From the NCBI GenBank assembly GCA_937625935.1, contig OW569362.1, positions 434,001 through 498,000 on the forward strand: DNA of 64,000 bases, written 5' to 3'. How positions within the stretch are numbered: the stretch's first letter is position 1; the number at the start of each line of letters is the position of its first letter. Origin of the DNA: Tetramitus jugosus (Eukaryota; Protista; Heterolobosea). Positions 1 through 10,979 of the stretch are shown here, in pieces. The notes beneath the pieces are model-generated. The model did not search any database. It was not told where the DNA came from and saw only the letters and a program-made list of their open reading frames with translations. The position numbers were made by a program, and so were the translations under genes.

Positions 1-572
1 CCCTTGTGTGCAATGGAGTGTAAGGTCGATTGTAAATGGCCTTGTACTTTTTCTTTAGTATTTGATTTTGAAGGTGCATAAAATCTGTTGTTTAAGGGAA
101 AAAAGAAATCAAGAGGTTGTAATCTCAATAAAGCTGATCATCAGGTAAAAAACAAAAACAAGCAGGAGGTGTCGGAAATGCAGTGAAGAAAACAACACTA
201 ACCTAAGAGCATGATGAGACTCATAATGTACAGAGCATTCTTGGACATGGAACCGATCAACAACACAAATTTTATGGGTGTTTTGATGGCAGAGTACAGA
301 AGCTTGGAAATGGACATATCTATGACAAAAGTGAATTCAGATCTGATAATTTGTGTGATATTTCGATCGCCCTCGTTGTTGTTTTTTTTCAGGTTGTCTG
401 AAAGGAGAATTTACTATTTTATGGAGCAGCAACTTCACAGAACTTGTGCCTTCCTCTCTTCATTATGTCATTCTAGCTCTTTTGATGAACCATCGATTGC
501 ATGTCAGGTAAAAAACTCTAGTGATGCCACAAGAAAGAGATTGATGACTGAAGTTCCGATTGTGAAGTGATA

Positions 573-992
573 TCATTGGTATGATAATTTCTCTCTGGAA
601 ACTCTCCTGGATAACAGAAGAATATCATTGTGTTTGGTCAATAACATGAGCCATCTATAGATTGTGTAACCAATATGGCTCATTTGCTCCACCACTTCAC
701 TGTCGATATCTTCCAATTGACTTCTCACTCTATTGATTTGGTTTGGAGTAACATTCTCTGGTTCAATGTTCGAAACACGCCTCGCAATATCATCCCTGGC
801 CAGAAACTTTCTACATTCCCACCAATTCTGAACTTCACTGGAATACAGGATGAAGATGAACTGGGTGATCACTTTCACAAACTCCACAGGTGGTTGAGGA
901 TAGCCCATGAACAGTTCCCATGTCGAAGCCGGGGTCGAGTGAATCAAGTTCCTCAGTGTTTCAAAGGTCGATTCTACTTGACTCAACTCCAT
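573..992 (-). CDS. Stand-alone dynein heavy-chain stalk-head (microtubule-binding domain)-like protein, 139 aa
   Basis: Motif order GYPQPPVEFVKV...W-ECRKFL...NIEPENVT...V-QMS...IYRWL follows the dynein MTBD pattern (NPP-xVxxV...WxxxKxxL...FDxxNI...VxxxS...LxxW). ATG at 992, stop at 573, and no AAA modules on either side. Confidence 0.7.
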   Translation of the reverse strand: MELSQVESTFETLRNLIHSTPASTWELFMGYPQPPVEFVKVITQFIFILYSSEVQNWWECRKFLARDDIARRVSNIEPENVTPNQINRVRSQLEDIDSEVVEQMSHIGYTIYRWLMLLTKHNDILLLSRRVSREKLSYQ

Positions 993-1297
993 CGATTAGA
1001 TTCGATTCCAACAAAGAGTTTTCGAAACGTAAATTTGTGTGTCGGGTAACGGCAACACCTCGAAAATCTGATTGGGGAATTGCGGGAATATGATAGACCC
1101 AATCAAAATTGCATAAGCTTGGGCATTGCCCCCAAAAGACGTTTCTAGGCACTTTGAAATATCGAACGAAGGGAATCACAACACGCACGAAGCCACACAC
1201 CAACGTTATCGAGCGAAAGTTTCGAGCTCTAAAAAAAACTCACCTCACATCAAAAGCTTTTTCATCCCCAAAAACCAAACACCAGCAAAAACACAAC

Positions 1298-3328
1298 ATG
1301 CATCGCGTATTAGCAAGGTCATCTTCATCTAAACCACAATGTGTCCATCATTTGAATCGTCATCATTCATTCATCAACCATAGTTCATCCTCATCACTCA
1401 ACGTCGTAGCTCAACAACAACAGCAACAACAACAACCATTACGCACCCTTGCAAGATCTAGATCCATACACACAAACCAACAACAACAACAACAACAACG
1501 AAATGGTCATGACAACAACAAAAACAACCATCACCATCACAATAAAAAGAATGTTGTGTGGATGAAAGGAAGCATAAAATTTGCATGTGCAGCAGTAGGT
1601 GCCATTGCACTGTATGAATCACTTGTGGATGAATCATTGTTACGATCCGTGTTTTTAGCTGAAGAAGCAGTAGCAGAAGCCGCAGCAGCAGAACAAGAAA
1701 AAAATCAATCATCATCATTGACTACTACGGATGCTGAAAGTGAAAAAATCAAGTCATTACCAGAGTATACAAAAGCTCAAGTGGCAGAACACAAGACGAG
1801 TAGCAATGGTATCTGGGTGACGTACAAGGACGGTGTCTACGATATTACAGAATTTGTTGGTGTGCATCCTGGTGGAGATAAGATTTTGTTGGCTGCAGGT
1901 GGTGCAATTGATCCGTTCTGGAGACTGTATGCGATACATGAAAAGGAAGATATTAAGGAGATTTTGGAGGAGTATCGAATTGGTACGTTGAAGGCTGGCG
2001 AGTATGTTGCTCCATCGGCATCTGGAGCCAAGAAGAAGAAGACAAAGGTAAAGAGACATCATCATCATCCAAGAAAAGTTGTGTTTGTTGAGGAGGAGGA
2101 AGACGATGATGATGAAGATGAAGAAGAAGAAGATGATGAGAATGATGATCCATACAGGAACGAACCAGAGAGAGAAGCTGTGCTAAAGGTCAATACACAA
2201 AAGGCGTTCAATGCAGAGACACCGCCATCGATTCTGATTGATGATTTCATTACACCGAACGAGATTTTCTTTGTGAGAAATCATTTGCCAGTCCCAGTGG
2301 TTGATCATAAAAAGTATAGTCTTCAGATAACGGGCATTGGTGTCAAGGACGTCAAATTAACTGTAGAAGATTTGAGGACTATGTTTATTCATTACTCGGT
2401 GATAACAACGATGCAGTGTGCCGGAAATAGAAGATCTGAGATGAGTGCAGCGAAACCAGTCAAAGGTATCGAGTGGACGAGTGGTGCTATTGGAACTGCA
2501 GAATGGACCGGTGTACGGTTGAGAGATGTTTTGCAATATGCAGGCCTGGATCCAGAAAAGTGTGAGAACAATCCAAAGATTCGCCACGTTCAATTCGAAG
2601 GACTGGATCAAGATATGACACACACTCATTACGGTGGTTCTATTCCGATTGAGAAGGCCATTGATTTGCATGGAGATGTTATTCTTGCATTCCAAATGAA
2701 CGGAACTGAGATTCCAAGAGATCACGGCTTCCCAATCCGTGTCATTGTTCCAGGTCACGTCGGTGCGAGAAATGTCAAGTGGTTGGGCAAGATTGTAGTG
2801 AGCAGCGAGGAGAGCAAGAGCTTCTGGCAACAACATGACTACAAGGGATTTCCTCCAACGACTGACATTGCACTGCTGGATCCGAAGAAGGCTGCATCCA
2901 TTCAAGAACTTCCCGTACAATCGTCCATCTGCGAGCCACAGAATGACACATCAGTGGACGAGGATGAAGGTCATGTAAAAGTGAAGGGTTATGCATGGAG
3001 TGGCGGCGGTCGCGATATTATTCGAGTTGATATCACTGCCGATAATGGATACAACTGGATTGTGTCTGATCTGAAGAAACCAGTTGAACAGAGACCTGGA
3101 CGTGCTTGGGCATGGACTCCGTTCAAAGCTGAAGTGAAAATACCAAAGGAACACAATGGCGGCATGAGAATATGTAGCAAGGCTGTCGATGCCTCGTACA
3201 ATGTGCAACCAGAGCATGTGGAATCAGTTTGGAATCCAAGAGGTTTCCTCAACAATGTTTGGTCATGCGTCAATGTCACCATAAAGAAGAGCTTGGACGA
3301 CGAAGAAGAAGAAGCAGATGAAGAATAA
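1298..3328 (+). CDS. SUOX: Sulfite oxidase (animal-type: mitochondrial presequence + cytochrome b5 + Mo-cofactor + dimerisation domains)
   Basis: Heme motif YDITEFVGVHPGG; Moco motifs FFVRNHLPVP, QCAGNRR, DHGFPIRVIVPGHVGARNVKW; GYAWSGGGR; WNPRG. First ATG at 1298 (MHRVLARS), followed by an R/S-rich presequence and a hydrophobic stop-transfer segment. Confidence 0.95.
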   Translation: MHRVLARSSSSKPQCVHHLNRHHSFINHSSSSSLNVVAQQQQQQQQPLRTLARSRSIHTNQQQQQQQRNGHDNNKNNHHHHNKKNVVWMKGSIKFACAAVGAIALYESLVDESLLRSVFLAEEAVAEAAAAEQEKNQSSSLTTTDAESEKIKSLPEYTKAQVAEHKTSSNGIWVTYKDGVYDITEFVGVHPGGDKILLAAGGAIDPFWRLYAIHEKEDIKEILEEYRIGTLKAGEYVAPSASGAKKKKTKVKRHHHHPRKVVFVEEEEDDDDEDEEEEDDENDDPYRNEPEREAVLKVNTQKAFNAETPPSILIDDFITPNEIFFVRNHLPVPVVDHKKYSLQITGIGVKDVKLTVEDLRTMFIHYSVITTMQCAGNRRSEMSAAKPVKGIEWTSGAIGTAEWTGVRLRDVLQYAGLDPEKCENNPKIRHVQFEGLDQDMTHTHYGGSIPIEKAIDLHGDVILAFQMNGTEIPRDHGFPIRVIVPGHVGARNVKWLGKIVVSSEESKSFWQQHDYKGFPPTTDIALLDPKKAASIQELPVQSSICEPQNDTSVDEDEGHVKVKGYAWSGGGRDIIRVDITADNGYNWIVSDLKKPVEQRPGRAWAWTPFKAEVKIPKEHNGGMRICSKAVDASYNVQPEHVESVWNPRGFLNNVWSCVNVTIKKSLDDEEEEADEE

Positions 3329-3562
3329 AGTCTTTCTGTTTTGTCTATCTCACAACTTCATCTGTTGTACATTTTCATTTTCTCCGCCGAGATCGCGAAT
3401 TCTAATTCCCGCCTGGATGAGTTCCACAACCACAATCGATCTTTCCACTCTGGGGCAGAACTCCCTTGCTCGAAAAAAAACAATCGCCAGAAACTCACAA
3501 AGAAACAACAAGTAACAACCCATCCCCCATCTCTCCCTTATCACCCAACTACATTTTGAACA

Positions 3563-4876
3563 ATGGGTTTATTCAAAAAGTCATCGTCATCTGATACCAT
3601 TGATGGTTATGGAAGCATCGCCGATGAAGAACAACAAAACAATGGTTATTTGAGTCGTGTCAAGCAATATGTTGTGCCAGGTCGATTGAACACGACACGT
3701 ATTGCCTTTTCTAGTTTCCTTACCATTGGTTTCATGCTTGCCCTACTGTTGAGAGACGGCATCTTTGGTCTCACAAGTGTACCAGGCTTCCAATACGCCT
3801 GCGATCGCTACAGCGCAAAACTCAAAGTGAGCTGTTCGCCAAAATATGCCGTTTACCGCGTTTCTTTCTCACTGGTGTGCTTTTACGGATTTTTCGCGCT
3901 GTTGGCCAGTCGGATTTTTTGTGTCGGAGATAAGACACGATTGTTCATACAATACAAGTGGTTCTTGTTGAAGATTCCAGTGTTCTTGGGATTTTTGGGA
4001 TTGCCTTGGATTATTCCTGATGCCTTCTTTTACTATTTCGCATGGGTTGCCCTGTTTGCAAGTGGACTGTTTCTGGTGATTCAAATTGTGCTGTTGATTG
4101 ATTTTGCGTATGCGTGGTCCTCATCATGGCGCTCCAGTGATAATGAAGGAACAAACATCTGGGACATTTTACAACTCGTGTCTGCAATTGTGCTATTGTT
4201 GGTTGCTGTGGCGCTCATTGTGTTGAGTATTGTGTTCTTTGGTGCGGGTAGAACGTGTCATTTGAATCGATTCTTTGCACTGTTCACTGTAGCTGTGAGC
4301 ATTGTGTTGGTTGTGCTCTCCATGGCAAGACACAAGGGATTGTTGCCTGCTGCTGTTGTTGTGGGCTATGGCGCATTTTGTGTGTGGTCTGCAATGCTGT
4401 CTGATCCTAGCTCTACGTGCAACAGACTCAAGCACATTACATCAGGTGGGAAACTTCAGAACTCAAAGGCAAGTGAAATTACAACAGCAGTGTTTGGTGT
4501 TGTGATTGCTGTGTTCAGTTTGGTTCGTTGTACAGTTAGTACTGGGCTCAGCTTCAGTTCCTTCTTCAAGTTGTCACGCGATCCTTCTGATGAATCTAGT
4601 GAGAACAGTGAAAAGTTGGACAGAGAGGAGTGCAGCGAACTATTCTTCTCGCATTTGGTGTTCTTGCTCGGTTCTTTCTACATGGCCATGGTTCTCGTCT
4701 CATGGGACGTCTTGTACTACAAGGAGAACAACCAAACCAAATATCAAACAGAAGTCAGCAAGGCTGCCATGTGGGTCAAGATTGCCAGTCAATGGCTCAT
4801 GTTTGCCCTGTTTTCGTGGACTCTGCTTGCTCCAAAGATCTTGGGCAAATACAGAGACTTTGACGGCGAAGAATAA
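3563..4876 (+). CDS. SERINC: SERINC/TMS1 family multi-pass membrane protein
   Basis: AVYRVSFSL, IQIVLLIDFAYAW, SFYMAMVLVSW, WVKIASQW, WTLLAP...RDF; about 10 hydrophobic helices. Confidence 0.93.
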   Translation: MGLFKKSSSSDTIDGYGSIADEEQQNNGYLSRVKQYVVPGRLNTTRIAFSSFLTIGFMLALLLRDGIFGLTSVPGFQYACDRYSAKLKVSCSPKYAVYRVSFSLVCFYGFFALLASRIFCVGDKTRLFIQYKWFLLKIPVFLGFLGLPWIIPDAFFYYFAWVALFASGLFLVIQIVLLIDFAYAWSSSWRSSDNEGTNIWDILQLVSAIVLLLVAVALIVLSIVFFGAGRTCHLNRFFALFTVAVSIVLVVLSMARHKGLLPAAVVVGYGAFCVWSAMLSDPSSTCNRLKHITSGGKLQNSKASEITTAVFGVVIAVFSLVRCTVSTGLSFSSFFKLSRDPSDESSENSEKLDREECSELFFSHLVFLLGSFYMAMVLVSWDVLYYKENNQTKYQTEVSKAAMWVKIASQWLMFALFSWTLLAPKILGKYRDFDGEE

Positions 4877-5301
4877 TACACATAGATCTAATTCAGATAA
4901 AAGTTTGTTGTATAGTACTACGATCATTCATATTGTTATATTATTTATTTCACGAATTTGTTGGAAATCATAGACCTAGATAAAGAGTGTTTACAAGACA
5001 CAATTTTACAAAGGAGTTTTAGGACAGTCTGGTCAACCCATCACTCATTGTCCGCCTGATGAAACAACCGCCCCACAACACTGCACACCCAATCTCCTCA
5101 AGCAAGTTTAATCCTATCCCTTTTACACAGGATAATAATAGTAATAAAAATAGACGACTCGTCTCTGAAATAACTGCGTGTGTGTGATAGTTGATTCCAC
5201 TTCTGTTGGAGGTCGGTTTGTTTCCCACGCCACACAGTGGACTCGCAAGCACAAACAAGAGAGATGGTTTCTCCAGATTGAGACAAAGTGTTTGTTTGCA
5301 C

Positions 5302-5885
<584 letters not shown>

Positions 5886-5961
5886 AAGTATACAATGACT
5901 TGTGATAAGAATAGGTACTGTAGGGAAGGGAATCGAGCAGTTGTATTGTCGTACAGTTCAT

Positions 5962-8900
5962 TTATTCAATTGTAATGCTGCTGGTGTTACGATTTGCTGT
6001 AAAGCTTTCACTTCGATTTTCTCGAAGTGATTGCAACTGTGCTTGTAGTTCGAGCTTGGCCAACAGAAGAGTGTTTTGGGATCTCTCAAACTCCATCTTT
6101 TGAGCCACCTTCCGCTCCTGTAGCTGCGTTTCTTGTTGAGATATTTCTTCGAGCCTCTTTTGTAACCGTAGATGTTGCGCTAGTCTTTCCTCTCGATCAG
6201 CACTCATTTCCTTCTCGTGCTCTAACCACTTGATTCGGAGGTCGTTCTCCGATCGCTTGAGTGCCTCTAGTTTCTCGTTCAACACTTTTTGTTGTTCTTC
6301 CAATTGCTTTGACTTGGCAACTAGTTCTCGATCGAGGGTATCTAGTCTCTTTCGTTCTTCTGTGCATTCTTGTTCTTTCTTGGCCAATTCGTCGGACCTC
6401 GTTTGTAGAGACTCTGATTTCTCCTTAAGCAACTTGTCTTCATTGTCGAGTTGCTGAGATCGTTCCTTGATGGAGTTTTCTCGGTCTGCAATTTCTTGCA
6501 GTTTCTTCTCAATCTCTAGTTCTGTTTGACTAATTTTGAGCTGACGATTGTCGAGATCGGTTGCCTTCTTCTCAACCTCAGATAATCTTTGATTTTCGAT
6601 TGCTAGTTGTTCGATGATCTCATCTTTCTTTTCGTTGTCGTCGATTAAGGCTTGTTGTGACAGATCGCTCTCTTCAAGTCTTTCTTTCAACTCTCGGGTT
6701 TGATTCTGGAAGTGGACAACTTGCTGGTTACTCTTCTGTACTAAGGATTCTAATTGTTCTACTCTAGTGATTAACTTCTGTATTCTTTCGTGTGAGTCTC
6801 GATTGTTGAACAAATTAATGTCTACCATCTCTTCCTCCTCTTCCTCGTCTGCTGATCCTTGTTCACTCTCGGATTCGAATTCATTGGATGAATCGCTGGA
6901 TTCCTCAGCTTGTGGTTGTTGGAACTCTTGATGAATTCGAGTGATGTTCAAGTATGAGCTGTTTTGATACTGCACAAACTCATCTTGTTGAGGTTCTTCT
7001 TCCTCGTACTCCTCTTCTTCAACCTCTTCCTCTTCAACCTCTCCTTCTTCGTTCTCCGCTTCTTCCTCTTGTTCATCGCCTTCTTCCTCCTCCTCCTCTT
7101 CTTCCTCTTGTTCTTTCTCTTCCTGCTCTTCCTCTGTCTCTTGCTCCATTGGTTCTTCCTCTTGCTCCTCTTTCTCTGCTTCTTGTCTCTCTAATGCTTC
7201 GATTATTTGCTCTTTTTCTTCTTCTTGTTGTTGCTCTTGTTCCTCGTAGACATCATTGGTTATAGCTTGCGGCTCATTTACCATTTCTTCCTCCTCTTCA
7301 CTCTCGCTAGCTTCGTCATTAATATCTACAATATCTTCAACCACTGGGGGTTGTTGATCATTTTCTTCGATATCCATTGGCGAATCTTCTTCAGAGTTTT
7401 CATCCTTACTAACATTAATGTCACTTACGGTGTCATTTGTGTCATTGGTGTCACTGTCCTCATCGCTTTCCATCAAAATTTCAATATCACTCTCCTCTTC
7501 ATCCTCCATTTCCTCTTCCTCTCTTTCGTTCTGTGTTTTGTCTTCTTCTTTCTCTTCTTCATCTTCTTTTTCTTCCTCTTCATCATTTCTGTTGCCTTCC
7601 TTGTCGTCTTTGTTTTCCTCATTGTCGTTGCTATCATTGTTCTTATCTTCATTGCCCTTCTCTTCTTTCTCGTCATCATTCGATTCCTGATGAAGGTCTC
7701 CATCATCATCTTGCATAGCATCATCATTATTGTTATCGTTTTGTTGAGTTGATTCCTTCTCTTCTCTCTGAGAGGTATCATGATTATCTTCCTTCTGCTC
7801 ACCGCTTTCCAAGTTGATATCATTGGAGTTGCTATTTGTTGAGTTGTGAACAACAGCACTAACTGGAGGAGGAACATCTGTCTGGCTACTTTCAGCCCTT
7901 TGGCTCGGAATTTCTTGCGATCTCTCTTCTATATGTTGACTAGGCTTATCATTTACTTCCACGTTCTCATTGTTATCGGAGTCTATTCTCATTGAAACGT
8001 TTGTTGAGATCATTTCACTGTTATTAGCAACATTGATGCTCTCTTGAAGCATATCTCTCGAAGCTTCCAAGTCAATATCATTTCTCTGTTCAGTTACAAC
8101 GGTAGATGTGCTTGGAATAGTCATTTCATTATCTGCTCGGAGATTCATCTCTTCATTGTGCTTCTGCAAATTGTGCTCAGACAAATGAGAGTATTCTTGT
8201 GCAATGACCTTTTCCAATTCAGCATGGTCATTTTCGACACCCCACTCATCGTCGTCATCAAATGACATGAGACCTCCGAAATCAAAGTCTTCAATTTCGG
8301 AACCAGACTCCAAATCGGACACTGCAGTCTCATGTTCGACATCTCGAGGACTCAAATGTGACTGCAATGTTACGCTCGAGATATCACCAAGCGACAACGT
8401 TGTATCATCTCCTTCATTGTTCATCATTAATTCATCTTGATCTTCATCATTGATATTGGGTATCTTTCCAACCAAGTGAATCTCATTATGAGCACTACTA
8501 CTACTGTTGCTAATGGATGAGAGAGCATCTTCTTTGATTATTTGGTTTCGCAGTTCATCATACTCCTTTTCCTCGCGCATTTGTTGAAGAAGGTCTTCTT
8601 CTTCCTCTTGCTTCATTTCAATAATCATTGATTGATAATTGTCAATCAAATCACCCGTTGGTGTAGATGATGGCTCCTGTGGCGTCATTAGTTTCGATTG
8701 AGCCATAACAACAGCACCACCAGGAGCAGAAGCAGCAACAATTGGACTCGATCGATCTCTAGGTGCCTTTCTCGGCTTTTTTGACAATGGTTCCATCGCA
8801 CCCACCATGTCACTCACCTTTCTCTTATGATTCTGTTTGAACACCATTTCAATTTTACCTCGCGTAGGTGCAGTGAGACCATAACGACCATAAACGAGAC

Positions 8901-9657
8901 TTCTCTTTGCCTGTGGACTTCTCAATCTCGGTAAAACAACATCACCAGAAGCAATCCTTGCCTTGTACGCATTCAATTTTGCATATTGTCCCTTCTTCTT
9001 CATCAACAATTCTCTCTTTAGTCTCATGACAGGAAACACACGCTTCTTATCATTGACAATCCATCGAAATCCTTCATTCAATTTTTGTTCGATACGATCG
9101 AGACATGCAGCCTGAGCATCCAAATGACACTTGTAACTCTTTCGATAGTGATGACCCGGTTGTGGTGAATCCTTGTGAATGCGAGTGTGCAGCGTAAAAT
9201 CATTTTCATCAATCCAGTACTCACACATGTCATTCAATTGAGCATTCTTGTTTCGACTCGTTTTTTTTAGAACAATCCATTTGGATGTTGTTGTTGTTGT
9301 TGTTGATGAAGATGCACGTATAGGTGCTGTTGATGTTGTTGTGGTTGTGGTTGTGGTTGGTGAAGATGACAAAAAGATGATTTGATTTTTCTTGTTGTTA
9401 TTCATGTTGTCATATGATGATGGGAATGTGAGAGGAGTAGCTGATGTGGGAGTAGGTGTGAGCGCAATGTCTTCAATTTCGTTATCATCTTCTTCTTCAA
9501 CTGATTCTTCTTCCTTCTTTTTGACATAGATGATTGTGGGTGTTTGTGTTGTTGTTGCTGTTGTTGTTGGTGAAGGTGATGGAAGCTTTTTTTCAGCAAT
9601 GGAAATTGTGAGTGGTGGAGAAGGTGGTGGTGGTGTAGTTGATGTGCTGTGATTCAT
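5962..9657 (-). CDS. Large protein with an N-terminal WGR-like domain, a long acidic disordered middle and a C-terminal coiled coil
   Basis: 1231-aa ORF. EYWIDENDFTLHTRI...KSYKCHLDAQAACLDRIEQKLNEGF resembles the WGR fold; E/D tracts; heptad-rich C-terminus. Confidence 0.75.
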   Translation of the reverse strand: MNHSTSTTPPPPSPPLTISIAEKKLPSPSPTTTATTTQTPTIIYVKKKEEESVEEEDDNEIEDIALTPTPTSATPLTFPSSYDNMNNNKKNQIIFLSSSPTTTTTTTTSTAPIRASSSTTTTTTSKWIVLKKTSRNKNAQLNDMCEYWIDENDFTLHTRIHKDSPQPGHHYRKSYKCHLDAQAACLDRIEQKLNEGFRWIVNDKKRVFPVMRLKRELLMKKKGQYAKLNAYKARIASGDVVLPRLRSPQAKRSLVYGRYGLTAPTRGKIEMVFKQNHKRKVSDMVGAMEPLSKKPRKAPRDRSSPIVAASAPGGAVVMAQSKLMTPQEPSSTPTGDLIDNYQSMIIEMKQEEEEDLLQQMREEKEYDELRNQIIKEDALSSISNSSSSAHNEIHLVGKIPNINDEDQDELMMNNEGDDTTLSLGDISSVTLQSHLSPRDVEHETAVSDLESGSEIEDFDFGGLMSFDDDDEWGVENDHAELEKVIAQEYSHLSEHNLQKHNEEMNLRADNEMTIPSTSTVVTEQRNDIDLEASRDMLQESINVANNSEMISTNVSMRIDSDNNENVEVNDKPSQHIEERSQEIPSQRAESSQTDVPPPVSAVVHNSTNSNSNDINLESGEQKEDNHDTSQREEKESTQQNDNNNDDAMQDDDGDLHQESNDDEKEEKGNEDKNNDSNDNEENKDDKEGNRNDEEEEKEDEEEKEEDKTQNEREEEEMEDEEESDIEILMESDEDSDTNDTNDTVSDINVSKDENSEEDSPMDIEENDQQPPVVEDIVDINDEASESEEEEEMVNEPQAITNDVYEEQEQQQEEEKEQIIEALERQEAEKEEQEEEPMEQETEEEQEEKEQEEEEEEEEEGDEQEEEAENEEGEVEEEEVEEEEYEEEEPQQDEFVQYQNSSYLNITRIHQEFQQPQAEESSDSSNEFESESEQGSADEEEEEEMVDINLFNNRDSHERIQKLITRVEQLESLVQKSNQQVVHFQNQTRELKERLEESDLSQQALIDDNEKKDEIIEQLAIENQRLSEVEKKATDLDNRQLKISQTELEIEKKLQEIADRENSIKERSQQLDNEDKLLKEKSESLQTRSDELAKKEQECTEERKRLDTLDRELVAKSKQLEEQQKVLNEKLEALKRSENDLRIKWLEHEKEMSADREERLAQHLRLQKRLEEISQQETQLQERKVAQKMEFERSQNTLLLAKLELQAQLQSLRENRSESFTANRNTSSITIE

Positions 9658-9825
9658 TGTTGTTGTAGGACGCGAATGGTTAGCTTCTTATTTGTTGGTG
9701 GTGAAAATGAACCAAGATCAAAGTTGTGTTTTTGTTGAATGAACGAAAAGAAGAGAATGTGGTCCGACGCTTCTAGTTGAAAAAAAAATGAGTTGTATTT
9801 ACATTACAGATCACTGGTGGGATAA

Positions 9826-10773
9826 TTATTGCATATTCTCATCTTGCTCTTCTAGTGATTTCTGTGGCACCGCTTCTTCTTCTTCTTCTTGTGTTGTTGC
9901 TGTTTCAACAGGAACAGGCACTGGAACAATTCGTCTGAACATGACATCAGATCTCATGACATACTTGGTTTCAGTCGAGTCCATTGGCATATCGGCACCT
10001 GCGTGAAGCTGTGAATGGACAAACAACAGAGCGGTTCCCTTCTTTGGCTTCACAGCAAATCGACATGATTCTCCGTTTTCATCTTGGGTGTCATTGTTTC
10101 TCATTCTTCTGCTCCAAGAGTCATGATAGAAGAAGGTTTCACCACCCCGTTGAACATCACTCAAGTAGAACATGAGTGTCAAATAGCTTCTCTCTTGAAC
10201 GTTTGCATTGAGTTGTTCATCGTACACAGTTTTACGCGCAAAACATCCATCATAATGTGGCTTAAAGTATTGACCGCTCGTATACTTGTAAAAACGGAAT
10301 CTTTCATTGACACCACAGGCCTTCATTGGTTCATCTTCTCCCTTCTCCTGATTATTCCTTGCTGATCTAGCTACATTGTGCAAATCAGTGTGATTCTCTG
10401 GGACGAAGCGCTTGACACGTTCCCACAAGAGCTTTGCAGTTTCTTCATCGTCCCATATCACTCTTTCATTGTTTCTAATATCGGTAGCCATGACATAACT
10501 GTTCTGTCCAACAGTCACTGGTGCATCACCGTATCTGACTTGCTCTGTTAGCTCTATCAATCGATCACATTCTTCATCTGTTAGGAAACCATCGATTGAC
10601 CACACATAGTTGTTTGATTCTGTGTCTAATTGAACGGCTTGAACCTGTGAGGAATCTTGGAGCAGAGTTCTGGTGTGTGCCTCAAAATTGACATCCATCT
10701 TGCCACTCGTAGTGGAAATGTTGCTGGATTGTTGCTGTCGTTGTTCTTCGCTATTGCTAGGTGTGTTTCCCAT
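9826..10773 (-). CDS. 2OG-Fe(II) dioxygenase, prolyl-4-hydroxylase-like
   Basis: FLTDEECDRLI, RFYKYTSGQYFKPHYDG (HxD), YLSDVQRGGET, second His (QLHAG), KYVMRSDV. MGNTPS is a possible N-myristoylation site. Confidence 0.9.
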   Translation of the reverse strand: MGNTPSNSEEQRQQQSSNISTTSGKMDVNFEAHTRTLLQDSSQVQAVQLDTESNNYVWSIDGFLTDEECDRLIELTEQVRYGDAPVTVGQNSYVMATDIRNNERVIWDDEETAKLLWERVKRFVPENHTDLHNVARSARNNQEKGEDEPMKACGVNERFRFYKYTSGQYFKPHYDGCFARKTVYDEQLNANVQERSYLTLMFYLSDVQRGGETFFYHDSWSRRMRNNDTQDENGESCRFAVKPKKGTALLFVHSQLHAGADMPMDSTETKYVMRSDVMFRRIVPVPVPVETATTQEEEEEAVPQKSLEEQDENMQ

Positions 10774-10979
10774 GTTACTCTTCTTGTTGTGTTATGTTTC
10801 AGAGAGGTTATGTTTGGGGTTGTGGTAATTTATTGTTGTTGTGATCCCGCCCAACAGGCGAAAGGTACAAAGCGAACAAGCATTTTCGAAGTGTTCGTGT
10901 TTCTCCTAGTTCGCCTGATGTTCAGATCCGGAGAAAAGTTTGTTGAATTCAACTTGAAGTCTTGAAAGGTCTTTCCGTT

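Noticed and set aside
211-570. 119-aa plus-strand ORF
   Set aside because: No recognisable motif, and it lies in the probable 3' region of the MTBD-like gene; likely spurious.
5245-5300. Weak hairpin just downstream of the H3 stop codon
   Set aside because: It does not match the 6-bp stem/4-nt loop histone stem-loop, and the pairing comes from low-complexity CAAA/TTTG sequence.
6954-7877. Multiple overlapping ORFs antisense to or out of frame with the acidic tract
   Set aside because: Shadow frames of GAA/GAT-rich coding repeats. The same applies to those at 19000-20040, 32531-33005 and 58036-58786.
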